A stretch of 23,946 nucleotides of DNA, taken from the NCBI GenBank assembly GCA_041288045.1, contig JBGGMM010000217.1, forward strand, positions 1 to 23,946, read 5' to 3'. Of the stretch, positions 1 through 8,773 are shown piece after piece (the stretch's first letter is position 1; the number at the start of each line of letters is the position of its first letter). The translations under genes were made by a program, and so were the position numbers. Under the pieces are notes generated by a model that searched no databases, was not told where the DNA came from, and worked only from the letters and a program-made list of their open reading frames with translations. The stretch comes from Pseudobdellovibrionaceae bacterium. GTDB taxonomy: Bacteria; Bdellovibrionota; Bdellovibrionia; Bdellovibrionales; Bdellovibrionaceae.

Positions 1-30
1 ATTTTAACTCTTCAAGTACTTTCGTGCTTT

Positions 31-58
31 CTTGACAGTTTGAAACGCATGCCCAAAT
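31..58 (+). promoter_or_regulatory. Putative heat-shock (sigma32-like) or sigma70 promoter of lon
   Basis: CTTGACA (31-37), N14, then CCCAAAT (52-58) resembles the sigma32 consensus CTTGAAA-N13/14-CCCCATNT. TTGACA is also a perfect sigma70 -35. It lies upstream of lon, a typical heat-shock gene. Confidence 0.35.
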
Positions 59-98
59 TCAATCAAAGAGACTTTCGTTAGAAAGAGATGGGAGATCA

Positions 99-2504
99 AT
101 GCCATTGCCTCAAGGATTACTACCAATACTGCCGCTGCGAAACACTGTGATATTCCCCTCACTCACACAAGTTTTAAAAGTGGGGCGCGAGAGAAGTGTG
201 AATGCTTTAAAAAAAGCTGAAAAAAACGGCTTTTGGATCGTTGCAGTCCAACAAAAACCAAAAGCTCATGATTTGGCCAAAGACTTGCCTGTCGATCCTC
301 ACGATTTGCACACAGTCGGAACTCTTTGTCGAATTGATTCGATGAAAGGAAATCCAGAAGCCGGATATCAAGTCGTGCTTCGCGGGATGACTCGAGTGAT
401 TTTGGATGATGTGAGCGTCGCCAGTGGAAATTTTCTCGAAGGTGAAAGCACGATCATCGAAGATATCAATGATATGAATCGTCCGACGGAGCAAGCCCTC
501 TTGGAAAGTGTGAAAACACTTTCGCGGGACATCTTGCGGCTTTTCCCTGGAAACACAGAGCAGCTGATGGAACTGATCAATTCCGTTGATGATTTGTCCT
601 ATTTGACTTCGCTTTGTGCTGGCAACATCGACATGGATCTTGAGAAAAAACAAAAAATCTTAGAAATTCGCAACTTGCGCGAAAGAGTTCTTTTCCTTTT
701 GCAAGTCATGCAAGAATTCAAGGAAAGCCTTTCCGTCCAAGCCGAAATCAGATCCAAACTGAATCAGAAATTCGGTCAAGCGCAAAGACAGACCATTTTG
801 CGCGAGCAACTCAAGGCCATCCGTGAGGAGCTGGGTGAAGGAGACGATTCGTCTGTTGAAGAAAAGCTGCAGAAAAAAATTGAAGATGCTGGAATGCCAG
901 AGGATGTGCGCAAAGTCGCTGACCGTGAATTCAAACGTCTCAGCGAAGTCGGCAACCAATCCCCTGAATCTCATATCATTCGCAATTACCTTGAGCTTCT
1001 GAGTGACCTTCCCTGGAGCAAATCGTCGGAACAAACCGAAGTCAACCTGGACATGGCCAGACGGATTCTCGACGAAGATCACTATGGCTTGGAAAAAGTG
1101 AAAAAAAGAATTGTCCAGCATTTGGCTGTGCTCAAATTAAAAAAAGAAAACAAAGGATCAATCCTCTTGTTTGTCGGCCCTCCTGGAGTGGGTAAAACTT
1201 CTCTCGGTCAAAGTATTGCCAGAGCCTTGGGAAGAAAATTTTCTCGAGTCAGCTTTGGTGGAGTTCGCGATGATGCCGAAGTTCGCGGCCATCGACGCAC
1301 ATACATTGGCGCAATGCCTGGTCGAATCATCCAAGGCCTGAAGCGAGCTGGTGAAAACAATCCTGTTTTCCTGCTGGATGAAATTGATAAGATGAGCCGG
1401 GCTTTTAACGGTGATCCCGCTGCGGCTCTGTTGGAAGTCTTGGACCCAGAACAAAACTCGACATTCCTGGATCATTATCTGGATGTACCTTTTGATCTGT
1501 CCAAAGTCTTTTTCATTGCCACTGCCAACAGCCTGGAAAGCATCCCAGGCCCGCTTTTGGATCGCATGGAAGTGATTGATCTTTCTGGATACACAACAGC
1601 TGAGAAAGTACATATCGCTAAAAACCATTTGATTCCAAAACAGCTCAAAGAGCATGGCCTGACACCGGAGCAGATTCAGATTTCAGATGATGCTTTGATG
1701 CGGTTGATTTCGAATTACACTCGCGAAGCTGGAGTGCGAGAGCTGCAAAGACGAATTGCTGCCACCTTGAGAGGTTCCAGTGAAAACGTCTTGAATGCCA
1801 AACAGCTTCCTGTGAAAGTTCAAACTCAGGATCTCGATGAGATTCTGGGCGCTGAAAGGTTCACATTTGAAATTGCAGAAACAATTAATCCCCCTGGGGT
1901 TGTCACAGGCCTTGCTTGGACTCCCGTTGGTGGAGATATTCTCTTTGTTGAGGCCACTGCCATGCCTGGCAAAGGAAATCTCATGATCACGGGACAGTTG
2001 GGCGATGTGATGAAAGAATCGGCGCAAATCGCTCAGAGTTTGATTCGGGCCAATCAGAATCAACTTGGGATTCGGATTGATCTGTCGAAAACAGATCTGC
2101 ATGTCCACGTCCCTGCTGGAGCGATTCCCAAGGATGGACCGTCTGCCGGAGTCACAATGCTCACGGCTTTGGCCTCGCTGATTTCAGGACATCTTGTCAG
2201 TCCGAAATTGGCTATGACCGGCGAAATCACTTTGCGAGGAGCTGTGATGCCAGTGGGGGGTATTAAAGAAAAAGTGATTGCGGCTCACCGAGCCGGAATT
2301 GAAAAAATCGTTCTTCCGAAAAAGAATGAAAAAGATCTCCGAGAAGTTCCCGATGATGTGAAAGCGGGTCTCAAATTTTACTTTGTGGAAAACATCAGTC
2401 AGCTTTTTGAAGTGACTTTGAATATTGCCCTTCAGCAGAATTTGATCAATCAAAGCTTTCAAAGACACAGTCAGGAAAATCAAGGGGCTGCTGAACACTC
2501 TTAA
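99..2504 (+). CDS. lon: ATP-dependent Lon protease (endopeptidase La)
   Basis: N-terminal LON domain (LPILPLRNTVIFP), Walker A GPPGVGKT, RGHRRTYIGAMPGRII, Walker B FLLDEIDK, catalytic Ser in PKDGPSAG and Lys in VGGIKEK. GGAG SD at 91-94. Confidence 0.98.
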   Translation: MPLPQGLLPILPLRNTVIFPSLTQVLKVGRERSVNALKKAEKNGFWIVAVQQKPKAHDLAKDLPVDPHDLHTVGTLCRIDSMKGNPEAGYQVVLRGMTRVILDDVSVASGNFLEGESTIIEDINDMNRPTEQALLESVKTLSRDILRLFPGNTEQLMELINSVDDLSYLTSLCAGNIDMDLEKKQKILEIRNLRERVLFLLQVMQEFKESLSVQAEIRSKLNQKFGQAQRQTILREQLKAIREELGEGDDSSVEEKLQKKIEDAGMPEDVRKVADREFKRLSEVGNQSPESHIIRNYLELLSDLPWSKSSEQTEVNLDMARRILDEDHYGLEKVKKRIVQHLAVLKLKKENKGSILLFVGPPGVGKTSLGQSIARALGRKFSRVSFGGVRDDAEVRGHRRTYIGAMPGRIIQGLKRAGENNPVFLLDEIDKMSRAFNGDPAAALLEVLDPEQNSTFLDHYLDVPFDLSKVFFIATANSLESIPGPLLDRMEVIDLSGYTTAEKVHIAKNHLIPKQLKEHGLTPEQIQISDDALMRLISNYTREAGVRELQRRIAATLRGSSENVLNAKQLPVKVQTQDLDEILGAERFTFEIAETINPPGVVTGLAWTPVGGDILFVEATAMPGKGNLMITGQLGDVMKESAQIAQSLIRANQNQLGIRIDLSKTDLHVHVPAGAIPKDGPSAGVTMLTALASLISGHLVSPKLAMTGEITLRGAVMPVGGIKEKVIAAHRAGIEKIVLPKKNEKDLREVPDDVKAGLKFYFVENISQLFEVTLNIALQQNLINQSFQRHSQENQGAAEHS

Positions 2505-2513
2505 AGGTGAAAT

Positions 2514-2553
2514 AAAAAAGCTAGACTCAAAGTCCGATCCTTCGGGTCTAGCT
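2514..2553 (-). terminator. Intrinsic terminator between convergent lon and yceI (possibly bidirectional)
   Basis: Inverted repeat AGCTAGAC (2519-2526) / GTCTAGCT (2546-2553). The flanking A6 run at 2514-2519 gives a U-tract on the minus strand. Confidence 0.65.
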
Positions 2554-2569
2554 CTTCTTAGGACTCAAA

Positions 2570-3169
2570 TCACTTGGCGGCTTTTTCTTTGTTTCCTTCG
2601 CCATCGATTTCAATCATCACTTCATCACTCACTGTCACTCCGCCTTTATCCAAAGCTTTGTTCCAGTTGATGCCCCAGTCTTTGCGGTTGATTTTTCCGC
2701 GCAAGGAGAAACCGACTTTTTCTGTTCCCATCGCATCGGTGACCATGCCGCCGTAAGTGAGATCCATCGTCACTGGCTTTGTCACTCCTCGCATGGTCAA
2801 ATCACCAGTGATCTTCACTGTCTGGTCCTGCTTCACGATCACTGATTTGTCTGATTTAAATCTCAGCTCTGGATTTTTCTTAGCATCGAAAAAATCAGGC
2901 GACACCAAATGTTCGTCTCGTTTTTTATTGTTGGTGTTGATCGAAGCAGGATCCACTTTGACGTCGATCTTACTGACTTCATTCTTTTTTTCGTCAAAAT
3001 CAAAGGACCCTTCGAATTTGTTGAAATTTCCTCGCACAGTTGAAACTACTAAATGCTTCACAGAAAATCCCACATTGGTGTGGGCAGGATCAATTTTGTA
3101 AACAGCAGCAAAAGCTGTCGTCGCAATCAGAAATGTCAGTGCTGAAATGGCTGTCAGTGTTTTTCTCAT
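2570..3169 (-). CDS. yceI: YceI-family periplasmic lipid/polyisoprenoid-binding protein
   Basis: Signal peptide ending AFA-A, then YKIDPAHTNVGFSVKHLVVSTVRGNF, SINTNNKKRDEHLVSPDFFD, GDLTMRGVTKPV and INRKDWGINWN. ATG 3169 is preferred over 3175 because AAGGAG sits 8 nt upstream of it. Confidence 0.93.
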   Translation of the reverse strand: MRKTLTAISALTFLIATTAFAAVYKIDPAHTNVGFSVKHLVVSTVRGNFNKFEGSFDFDEKKNEVSKIDVKVDPASINTNNKKRDEHLVSPDFFDAKKNPELRFKSDKSVIVKQDQTVKITGDLTMRGVTKPVTMDLTYGGMVTDAMGTEKVGFSLRGKINRKDWGINWNKALDKGGVTVSDEVMIEIDGEGNKEKAAK

Positions 3170-3204
3170 TCTCATCTCTCCTTCTGATAAAGAACACGGT
3201 CTTT

Positions 3205-3257
3205 AGTATGGATTTAAGATTTGAGGCCAGGCAACTCGTATTGCCTCGTGCTACACT
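3205..3257. promoter_or_regulatory. Divergent promoter region of yceI and patatin
   Basis: Minus strand: TTGCCT (3234-3229), N18, CATACT (3210-3205). Plus strand: extended -10 TG-C-TACACT (3249-3257). Inverted repeat AGGCAA-N6-TTGCCT at 3229-3246. Confidence 0.45.
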
Positions 3258-3266
3258 GACTCTGAT

Positions 3267-4424
3267 ATGAAAGCTTTGGTGTTATCTGGAGGCGGAGCTC
3301 GCGGCGCCTATCAAGTTGGTGTTTTAAAAGCTGTTGGCGAGCTGGCTCGAGACAACAATCTGGAAAATCCCTTTCAAATTCTCTGTGGTGTCAGTGCCGG
3401 CGCAATCAACGCTTCTTTTCTGGCCAGCGAATGTCATCAATTCAGCAAAGGCACAGAGAAGCTCGTGGACCTCTGGGCTTCTTTGAAATCCGAACGGGTT
3501 TTTAAAACAGACATTCTGTCAATGAGCAGAATTGGCCTGCAGTGGATGGGAGAGCTCTCTTTTGGCGGCTTTGGAACAACGACGGAAGGTCGAGCTCTTT
3601 TAGATACGGAGCCATTGCTGCAATTGATTCGTGACAATTTAAATTTGCCACAAATTCAAGAAAATATTCACAACCGAAAGCTCAGCGCCCTGGCGATCAC
3701 AGCTTTGGATTACCAAACTTCCGAAAGCATCACCTTCGTTCAAGCCAATGACCATGCTCCCAGCTGGAAAAAGACCAGAAGACGATCTGAAAAAACAATG
3801 ATTCAACCTGAACACGTTCTGGCCAGCAGCTCGATCCCGATTCTCTTCCCCGCGACTCCTGTTGGCAGTCGCCATTTTGGTGATGGCTGCGTTCGCAACC
3901 TCTCCCCGCTTGGACCTGCTTTGTATTTAGGTGCAAGCGAGCTTTTGGTCATCGGGGTTCGCTTGCAAAAAGAAATTTCCGCGACCCCGCACACCAGTTT
4001 GCAAAAGCCGCCCAGCGTGGCTCGTGTCGCCAACTTGCTTTTAAATGCCGTGCTCTTGGATGGGATTGAAATTGATTTTGAAAGACTTCAGCGGATCAAT
4101 GAATTTTTAAGAAGAGTGCCGCCTCAGCATCAAACCAATTTGAATTTCAAACCCGTTCACGCGCTTTTCATTAGCCCCTCTGAAGACATTGGAAAGATCG
4201 CAGCTCAAATGGCTTCAAGACTTCCTCGGGTCATTCGCTATCTCCTCAAAGGTCTTGGTCCTTTAGAAGAGGCCAGTGAAATTATCAGTTATCTTTTGTT
4301 CGAGAAAGACTTCACTTTGCGCTTGATCGAAATGGGCTATCAAGACGGAATGAATCAGAAAGATGAAATTCTTAGATTTCTACTTGAATCCCGACCTCAA
4401 TCACTTGATTGGGAGGGATTTTAA
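3267..4424 (+). CDS. Patatin-like phospholipase
   Basis: Oxyanion motif LVLSGGGARGAYQ, nucleophile elbow GVSAG (GxSxG), ASSSIPILFP, and catalytic Asp in FGDGC. Confidence 0.93.
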   Translation: MKALVLSGGGARGAYQVGVLKAVGELARDNNLENPFQILCGVSAGAINASFLASECHQFSKGTEKLVDLWASLKSERVFKTDILSMSRIGLQWMGELSFGGFGTTTEGRALLDTEPLLQLIRDNLNLPQIQENIHNRKLSALAITALDYQTSESITFVQANDHAPSWKKTRRRSEKTMIQPEHVLASSSIPILFPATPVGSRHFGDGCVRNLSPLGPALYLGASELLVIGVRLQKEISATPHTSLQKPPSVARVANLLLNAVLLDGIEIDFERLQRINEFLRRVPPQHQTNLNFKPVHALFISPSEDIGKIAAQMASRLPRVIRYLLKGLGPLEEASEIISYLLFEKDFTLRLIEMGYQDGMNQKDEILRFLLESRPQSLDWEGF

Positions 4425-6276
4425 AGAAGGCCGTTGGCCTTTCGGCATTTCTCGCCATGAAAGCAAAAAGTTTTTCCCGCCAAATACTCAAAGTCGGATC
4501 ACCAGTCGGAAGAATCGTTTCACGCCCCAACACAAATGTGGTCTCTTGAATCGGAAAGGGCATTCCTCTCTCACGGCAGGCTTCTAAGATGTGTTTGATC
4601 TTTGGAATTTCCGTGAATCCGTAATTGGCAACAATTCGATAAAACTGGGGCGAGAGAGTTTCGATTTGCACTCGATCTTTTTTATTTACAAAAGGCACAT
4701 CGTTGGTTTTGATAGTTAAAATCGCAATTTGAGTGTGCATGACCTTGTTGTGCTTGAGGTTGTGCAGAAGCGGGACCGGAACACCCCAAGTATCCCCAGT
4801 CATATAAATGGCCGAACCTTCAACCCGCCGAGGCGGGGATTTGGCAATGGTCTGAATAAAATCTGACATCGGGATAGAGCGGGCTTTCAGCCGCTCGGCC
4901 AGAATTTTCCGGCCCTTTGCCCACGTGGACATCAAAAGGTAAACAACTGCTCCAATTAACAACGGAACCCAGCCGCCGTGTGTGACTTTCGCCACATTGG
5001 GCGCAAAGAAGGCAATATCAAAAATCAGAAAAAAACCAAAGATCGAAAGACCTTTCCAGCGACTCCAGTTCCATATCCTTCGCGACACTTGGTATGCGAG
5101 CAAAGTTGTAATCAACATGGTTCCGGTGACGGCAATTCCATAGGCCGAAGCCAGATCACTGGATGTCTTAAACGAAACTACCAGCCAAACTACACCGACC
5201 ATCATTGTCCAATTAATAAATGGAATGTAGATCTGACCAATCTCTCGGCTCGAGGTGTGAAGAATCGACAGACGCGGACAAAATCCCAATTGCACAGCTT
5301 GCTTGGTGAGTGAGGCCACTCCGGCAATGAGGGCTTGAGAGGCAATAACTGTGGCAATAGTTGAAAGTATAACTAAAGGCCAAAGAGCCCAACTGGGCGC
5401 CAATAAGAAAAAAGGACTACTGATGGCCTCTGGATTTTGCAAAACCAAGGCCCCTTGTCCGAAATAATTCAAAACAAGTCCAGGCAAGGCAACCGCATAC
5501 CAGGAAAGCTTGATCGCTCTTCGACCAAAGTGTCCCATATCGGCATAAAGAGCCTCTCCTCCGGTGATCACCAAAACCACTGAACCTAAAACCAAAAATC
5601 CAGAAAACCCATTATGCAGAAAGAATTCATAGGCCCAATAGGGATTAATCGCCTCTAAAACAGAAGGGTTTTCAATAATCTTGTTGACGCCTAAAATGCC
5701 AATACTGAGAAACCACAAAGCAATGATGGGACCAAAAATGACACCAATCCGACCTGTTCCCAAAAACTGGAAAAGATAAAGCAGCACAATCAGGATCAAG
5801 GTAATGGGAATCACAAAGGGTTCAAAAATCGGAGTGACAACTTTCAATCCCTCAACAGCCGAGAGAACCGAGATGGCTGGAGTGATCATTCCATCACCAA
5901 AGAGGAGCGAAGCTCCAATCAAACCTAAAATAGTGACCACCACCCGCCTTTTGGAGGAGCTGGAGTAATGAAGTCCTTGTGAAGACAGAGCCATCAGCGA
6001 AAGAATTCCACCCTCACCTTTATTGTCCGCCCGCATCACAAACATCATGTACTTTAAACTGATCATCAGAAGGAGCGCCCAGAAAATCAGCGACAGAACT
6101 CCAAGCACATTGGCGGATGTCACTTGCAGATTGTGTTCAGGGGCAAAGCATTCTCTCAATGCGTACAGAGGCGAAGTCCCGATATCTCCGAACACAACAC
6201 CCAGGGCACTGAGAGCCAAAACAGCCATGCGATCTTTTGCATGAGAGAAGTGGGCAGTAGGTTGTGAAGATTCGAT
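4372..6276 (-). CDS. kup: KUP/HAK/KT-family potassium transporter
   Basis: Signature LGVVFGDIGTSPLYA, RADNKGEGGIL, DGMITPAISVLSAVEG, GGEALYADMGHFG, AYGIAVTGTM and C-terminal VIEVGIQVEI. The start is uncertain: ATC 6276 (GGAGG 5 nt upstream), ATG 6228 (no SD) or TTG 6342 (ORF track). Confidence 0.96.
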   Translation of the reverse strand: MESSQPTAHFSHAKDRMAVLALSALGVVFGDIGTSPLYALRECFAPEHNLQVTSANVLGVLSLIFWALLLMISLKYMMFVMRADNKGEGGILSLMALSSQGLHYSSSSKRRVVVTILGLIGASLLFGDGMITPAISVLSAVEGLKVVTPIFEPFVIPITLILIVLLYLFQFLGTGRIGVIFGPIIALWFLSIGILGVNKIIENPSVLEAINPYWAYEFFLHNGFSGFLVLGSVVLVITGGEALYADMGHFGRRAIKLSWYAVALPGLVLNYFGQGALVLQNPEAISSPFFLLAPSWALWPLVILSTIATVIASQALIAGVASLTKQAVQLGFCPRLSILHTSSREIGQIYIPFINWTMMVGVVWLVVSFKTSSDLASAYGIAVTGTMLITTLLAYQVSRRIWNWSRWKGLSIFGFFLIFDIAFFAPNVAKVTHGGWVPLLIGAVVYLLMSTWAKGRKILAERLKARSIPMSDFIQTIAKSPPRRVEGSAIYMTGDTWGVPVPLLHNLKHNKVMHTQIAILTIKTNDVPFVNKKDRVQIETLSPQFYRIVANYGFTEIPKIKHILEACRERGMPFPIQETTFVLGRETILPTGDPTLSIWREKLFAFMARNAERPTAFFKIPPNQVIEVGIQVEI

Positions 6277-6442
6277 GAAGGCCTCCGATATTCCATTAAA
6301 AAGCCAGAAACTGAATTTGTCAGCTCCCTTTTTTTGGCCCAAGGTCTGAATCTATACCATCGAAAATCTCTGCATGAAAATAGACAACGACCTGCGAAGA
6401 AGTCACACTATTGAGGACAGCTCAAATGCAAATGGAAAGGTC

Positions 6443-7072
6443 ATGGCAATGAAGAGACCCATAATTGCGATTGTTGATGATGAACAGGATCTGCGCGACA
6501 ACTTTCAAAGCCTTCTCGAAGACCAATTTGAAATCAAAGCTTTTGCTTCACCGCAAGAATTTCTTCAGGCCCTGCCCGATTTGCAGCAAAAAGGCCTTCG
6601 CCTGCTTGTCAGTGATTATAAAATGCCAGTGATGACAGGGCTTGAAATGGTGCAAAAAGCCCACTCTCAATTTCCCTCCCTGCCCTTTATTATTCTCTCT
6701 GGATTCTTGGATAAAAAAACAGTTCTTGATGCTGTGAAAATGGGCGTCTTTCGTCTTTTGGAAAAACCTTATGCGCCGGAAGATTTGCTGGCGGCTATTG
6801 ATCAGCTTCTGCTTGAATCGGAACTGCAGACAGTGCGCAATGAGATCCGGCAAATCACTTCGCAGCTTCGGGAGCTTTATAGCAGCATTCGCCTGGCTCT
6901 TTTGCAGCATATTCCAGAAGAGTTGATGGACCGACTGATTGTCGATGCGCCTGATGAAAGTGAGCAAAAGAAAATGAGCTTTGAGGATTTACTGGAGCAG
7001 TTGGAAGACCGACTGGAACTGCTTTTGACCTCTGAAAAAATGATCAGCGATATCAAGACGACTCGGGAGTAA
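6443..7072 (+). CDS. Response regulator (intact receiver domain plus helical/coiled-coil C-terminus)
   Basis: IIAIVDDE acidic pocket, phospho-acceptor LLVSDYKMP, ILSG and conserved Lys in LEKP. ATG 6443 or 6449 follows GGAAAGG; the track start at 6374 is probably too long. Confidence 0.88.
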   Translation: MAMKRPIIAIVDDEQDLRDNFQSLLEDQFEIKAFASPQEFLQALPDLQQKGLRLLVSDYKMPVMTGLEMVQKAHSQFPSLPFIILSGFLDKKTVLDAVKMGVFRLLEKPYAPEDLLAAIDQLLLESELQTVRNEIRQITSQLRELYSSIRLALLQHIPEELMDRLIVDAPDESEQKKMSFEDLLEQLEDRLELLLTSEKMISDIKTTRE

Positions 7073-7075
7073 AGT

Positions 7076-8773
7076 ATCGAATCACCTAAAGAGGCTGAGG
7101 AAGCAACAGAATCTTTTTCCATTTTTATTTTGAAATCGCAAGTGACAGCGCTTGTTCAAGCCGAAAGTTTTTTGCGCAATCGAAAATGGATCGTCGGAAG
7201 CAGCACCAATCTGCGTGAAGCTTTGGCCTATATCATTCAAAAAAAGCCGCAATATGTTCTGGTGTCAGCTGATCATCCCAATCGCAAAGTGCGAATTCTT
7301 CCCAAGATGTTGGTACAAGCTTTCCCTTGCCGAGTGATTGCATTTGCTGAAAAAGGCTCTAGCCAATCCACCAAAGTTTTGCATGAAATGGCTCTTGAGT
7401 ACAATCTCTACCCACCCGTCTCGGGCCCCTCTATCGAAAGAATGATTTTGAAAATTCGCAGAGAGGATGAGCTTCGAGCTCAGCAATCCGAGATCACTGG
7501 CAAGCAGTCAAAAGCTTCCGTTGCCTCAGGCACCGAGGGCAGTCTTAATTTTCGCGGCGACACCCACACGGCGGACGCTTTAAAATCCTCCTTTGACCAA
7601 GCACGAGCGGCTCTCACTCAATTGATCAGCTCGGATACAGTTGACGAAACAGGCACCACTGCTGCCGGCAGCGGTAGCACGGACTCAAGCTCTGGATTGG
7701 GATCAGGAGTGATCATTCAGCAGGGTGTGGGATTAGGAAGTGGCGGCATCGCCCATATCTCTGGAAATGGGCTTGGACCGAAAGTTTCAATTACACAGGA
7801 GGGCATGGGCGGCGGTCATGGTCCTGGCGGATTTGGTCAAGTGACCCACTCGGATTCAGGAAATTTTCACGAAGGAAGTTCTGATTGGGATTCGACGACT
7901 TCACAAAAAAAACCCCATTCACCAAGTGGCCTTGAAAGCGACCCGCATGCCAATGAAGTCAGCGAAGAAAACGAAAGCGCTTCGACCTATTCAAAGAAAA
8001 ACCAGAGCGTTCCAATCATGGAATCCGGGGAGATCAGAAAAAACACGAAAGGCTATCGGATTGTCAGCATTCCAACGAAGAATTCTGTTCCGCTTGATTC
8101 TATCATCATTCAAGGAACTGAAGAGGCTCTTGAGCAAACAGTTCAATTTCAAGATCCAGACCAAGCGGCCAAAGTTCAAATCTCTTCTCATCTTGCCTGC
8201 ATTCATGTGAAAAGTGAAAGTTTTTCGGGCTATTTGCTCTGTGCTTTAGGGGAAAATCGCCAAGTCGATAAAACACTCATCGATGCGATTCAGAAAAAAC
8301 TTTTTCAATTTTTAAAAACCAACAATGTCTCCGTCAAAGAAGAGGACACTTTGCAGCTTCAGATCCAACAAGTGGACTTCACCGATTGGGCTCTGGAGCA
8401 AGCGCAGTTTTTGAAAAAAACCATTCACGGCAAAGATGAAATTGCCATGGCATTTTTTCCCTGCACCGAGCCCGAACTGGAACTTGACCCTTCCATCTCA
8501 AGCAAAATGATGCAAATCAGTCTTCGCGATCTCAAACCCGACGCTACTCTCGAATTTGATCTCTACATTTTCATGCCACAAAATAACAAATATTTGCTCT
8601 ACACTCCCAAAGGAAAGCCCTTCTATGGCCACCAACAAGGCCGACTGGAAAAAAAGGGAGTCACCCATATGCACTTAAGAAAAGAAGCCGCCCCCGAAGT
8701 CAGAAAATACCAAGCCCAAAATTTCCTCAACTCCCAAATCACAGACTACAAGACTACAAAGAAGCAAAAGTAA
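7076..8773 (+). CDS. Hypothetical signalling protein: degenerate receiver-like N-terminus, Gly/Ser-rich linker, C-terminal domains
   Basis: Long ORF. The N-terminus has receiver-like alternating strands and helices (SIFILKS...REALAYIIQKKPQYVLVS...VIAFAE...YNLYPPV) but no acidic pocket. The track start is TTG 7130; the frame stays open back to 7073, with ATC 7076 six nt after GGGAG. Confidence 0.8.
   Translation: MESPKEAEEATESFSIFILKSQVTALVQAESFLRNRKWIVGSSTNLREALAYIIQKKPQYVLVSADHPNRKVRILPKMLVQAFPCRVIAFAEKGSSQSTKVLHEMALEYNLYPPVSGPSIERMILKIRREDELRAQQSEITGKQSKASVASGTEGSLNFRGDTHTADALKSSFDQARAALTQLISSDTVDETGTTAAGSGSTDSSSGLGSGVIIQQGVGLGSGGIAHISGNGLGPKVSITQEGMGGGHGPGGFGQVTHSDSGNFHEGSSDWDSTTSQKKPHSPSGLESDPHANEVSEENESASTYSKKNQSVPIMESGEIRKNTKGYRIVSIPTKNSVPLDSIIIQGTEEALEQTVQFQDPDQAAKVQISSHLACIHVKSESFSGYLLCALGENRQVDKTLIDAIQKKLFQFLKTNNVSVKEEDTLQLQIQQVDFTDWALEQAQFLKKTIHGKDEIAMAFFPCTEPELELDPSISSKMMQISLRDLKPDATLEFDLYIFMPQNNKYLLYTPKGKPFYGHQQGRLEKKGVTHMHLRKEAAPEVRKYQAQNFLNSQITDYKTTKKQK

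Noticed and set aside
207..2498. Series of 100-165 aa minus-strand ORFs within lon
   Set aside because: They are regular antisense shadows produced by codon bias, with no motifs or SD sites.
3267..4424. Patatin as a CBASS (CapV) or other defence effector
   Set aside because: No nucleotidyltransferase or other defence gene is adjacent; the neighbours are yceI and kup.
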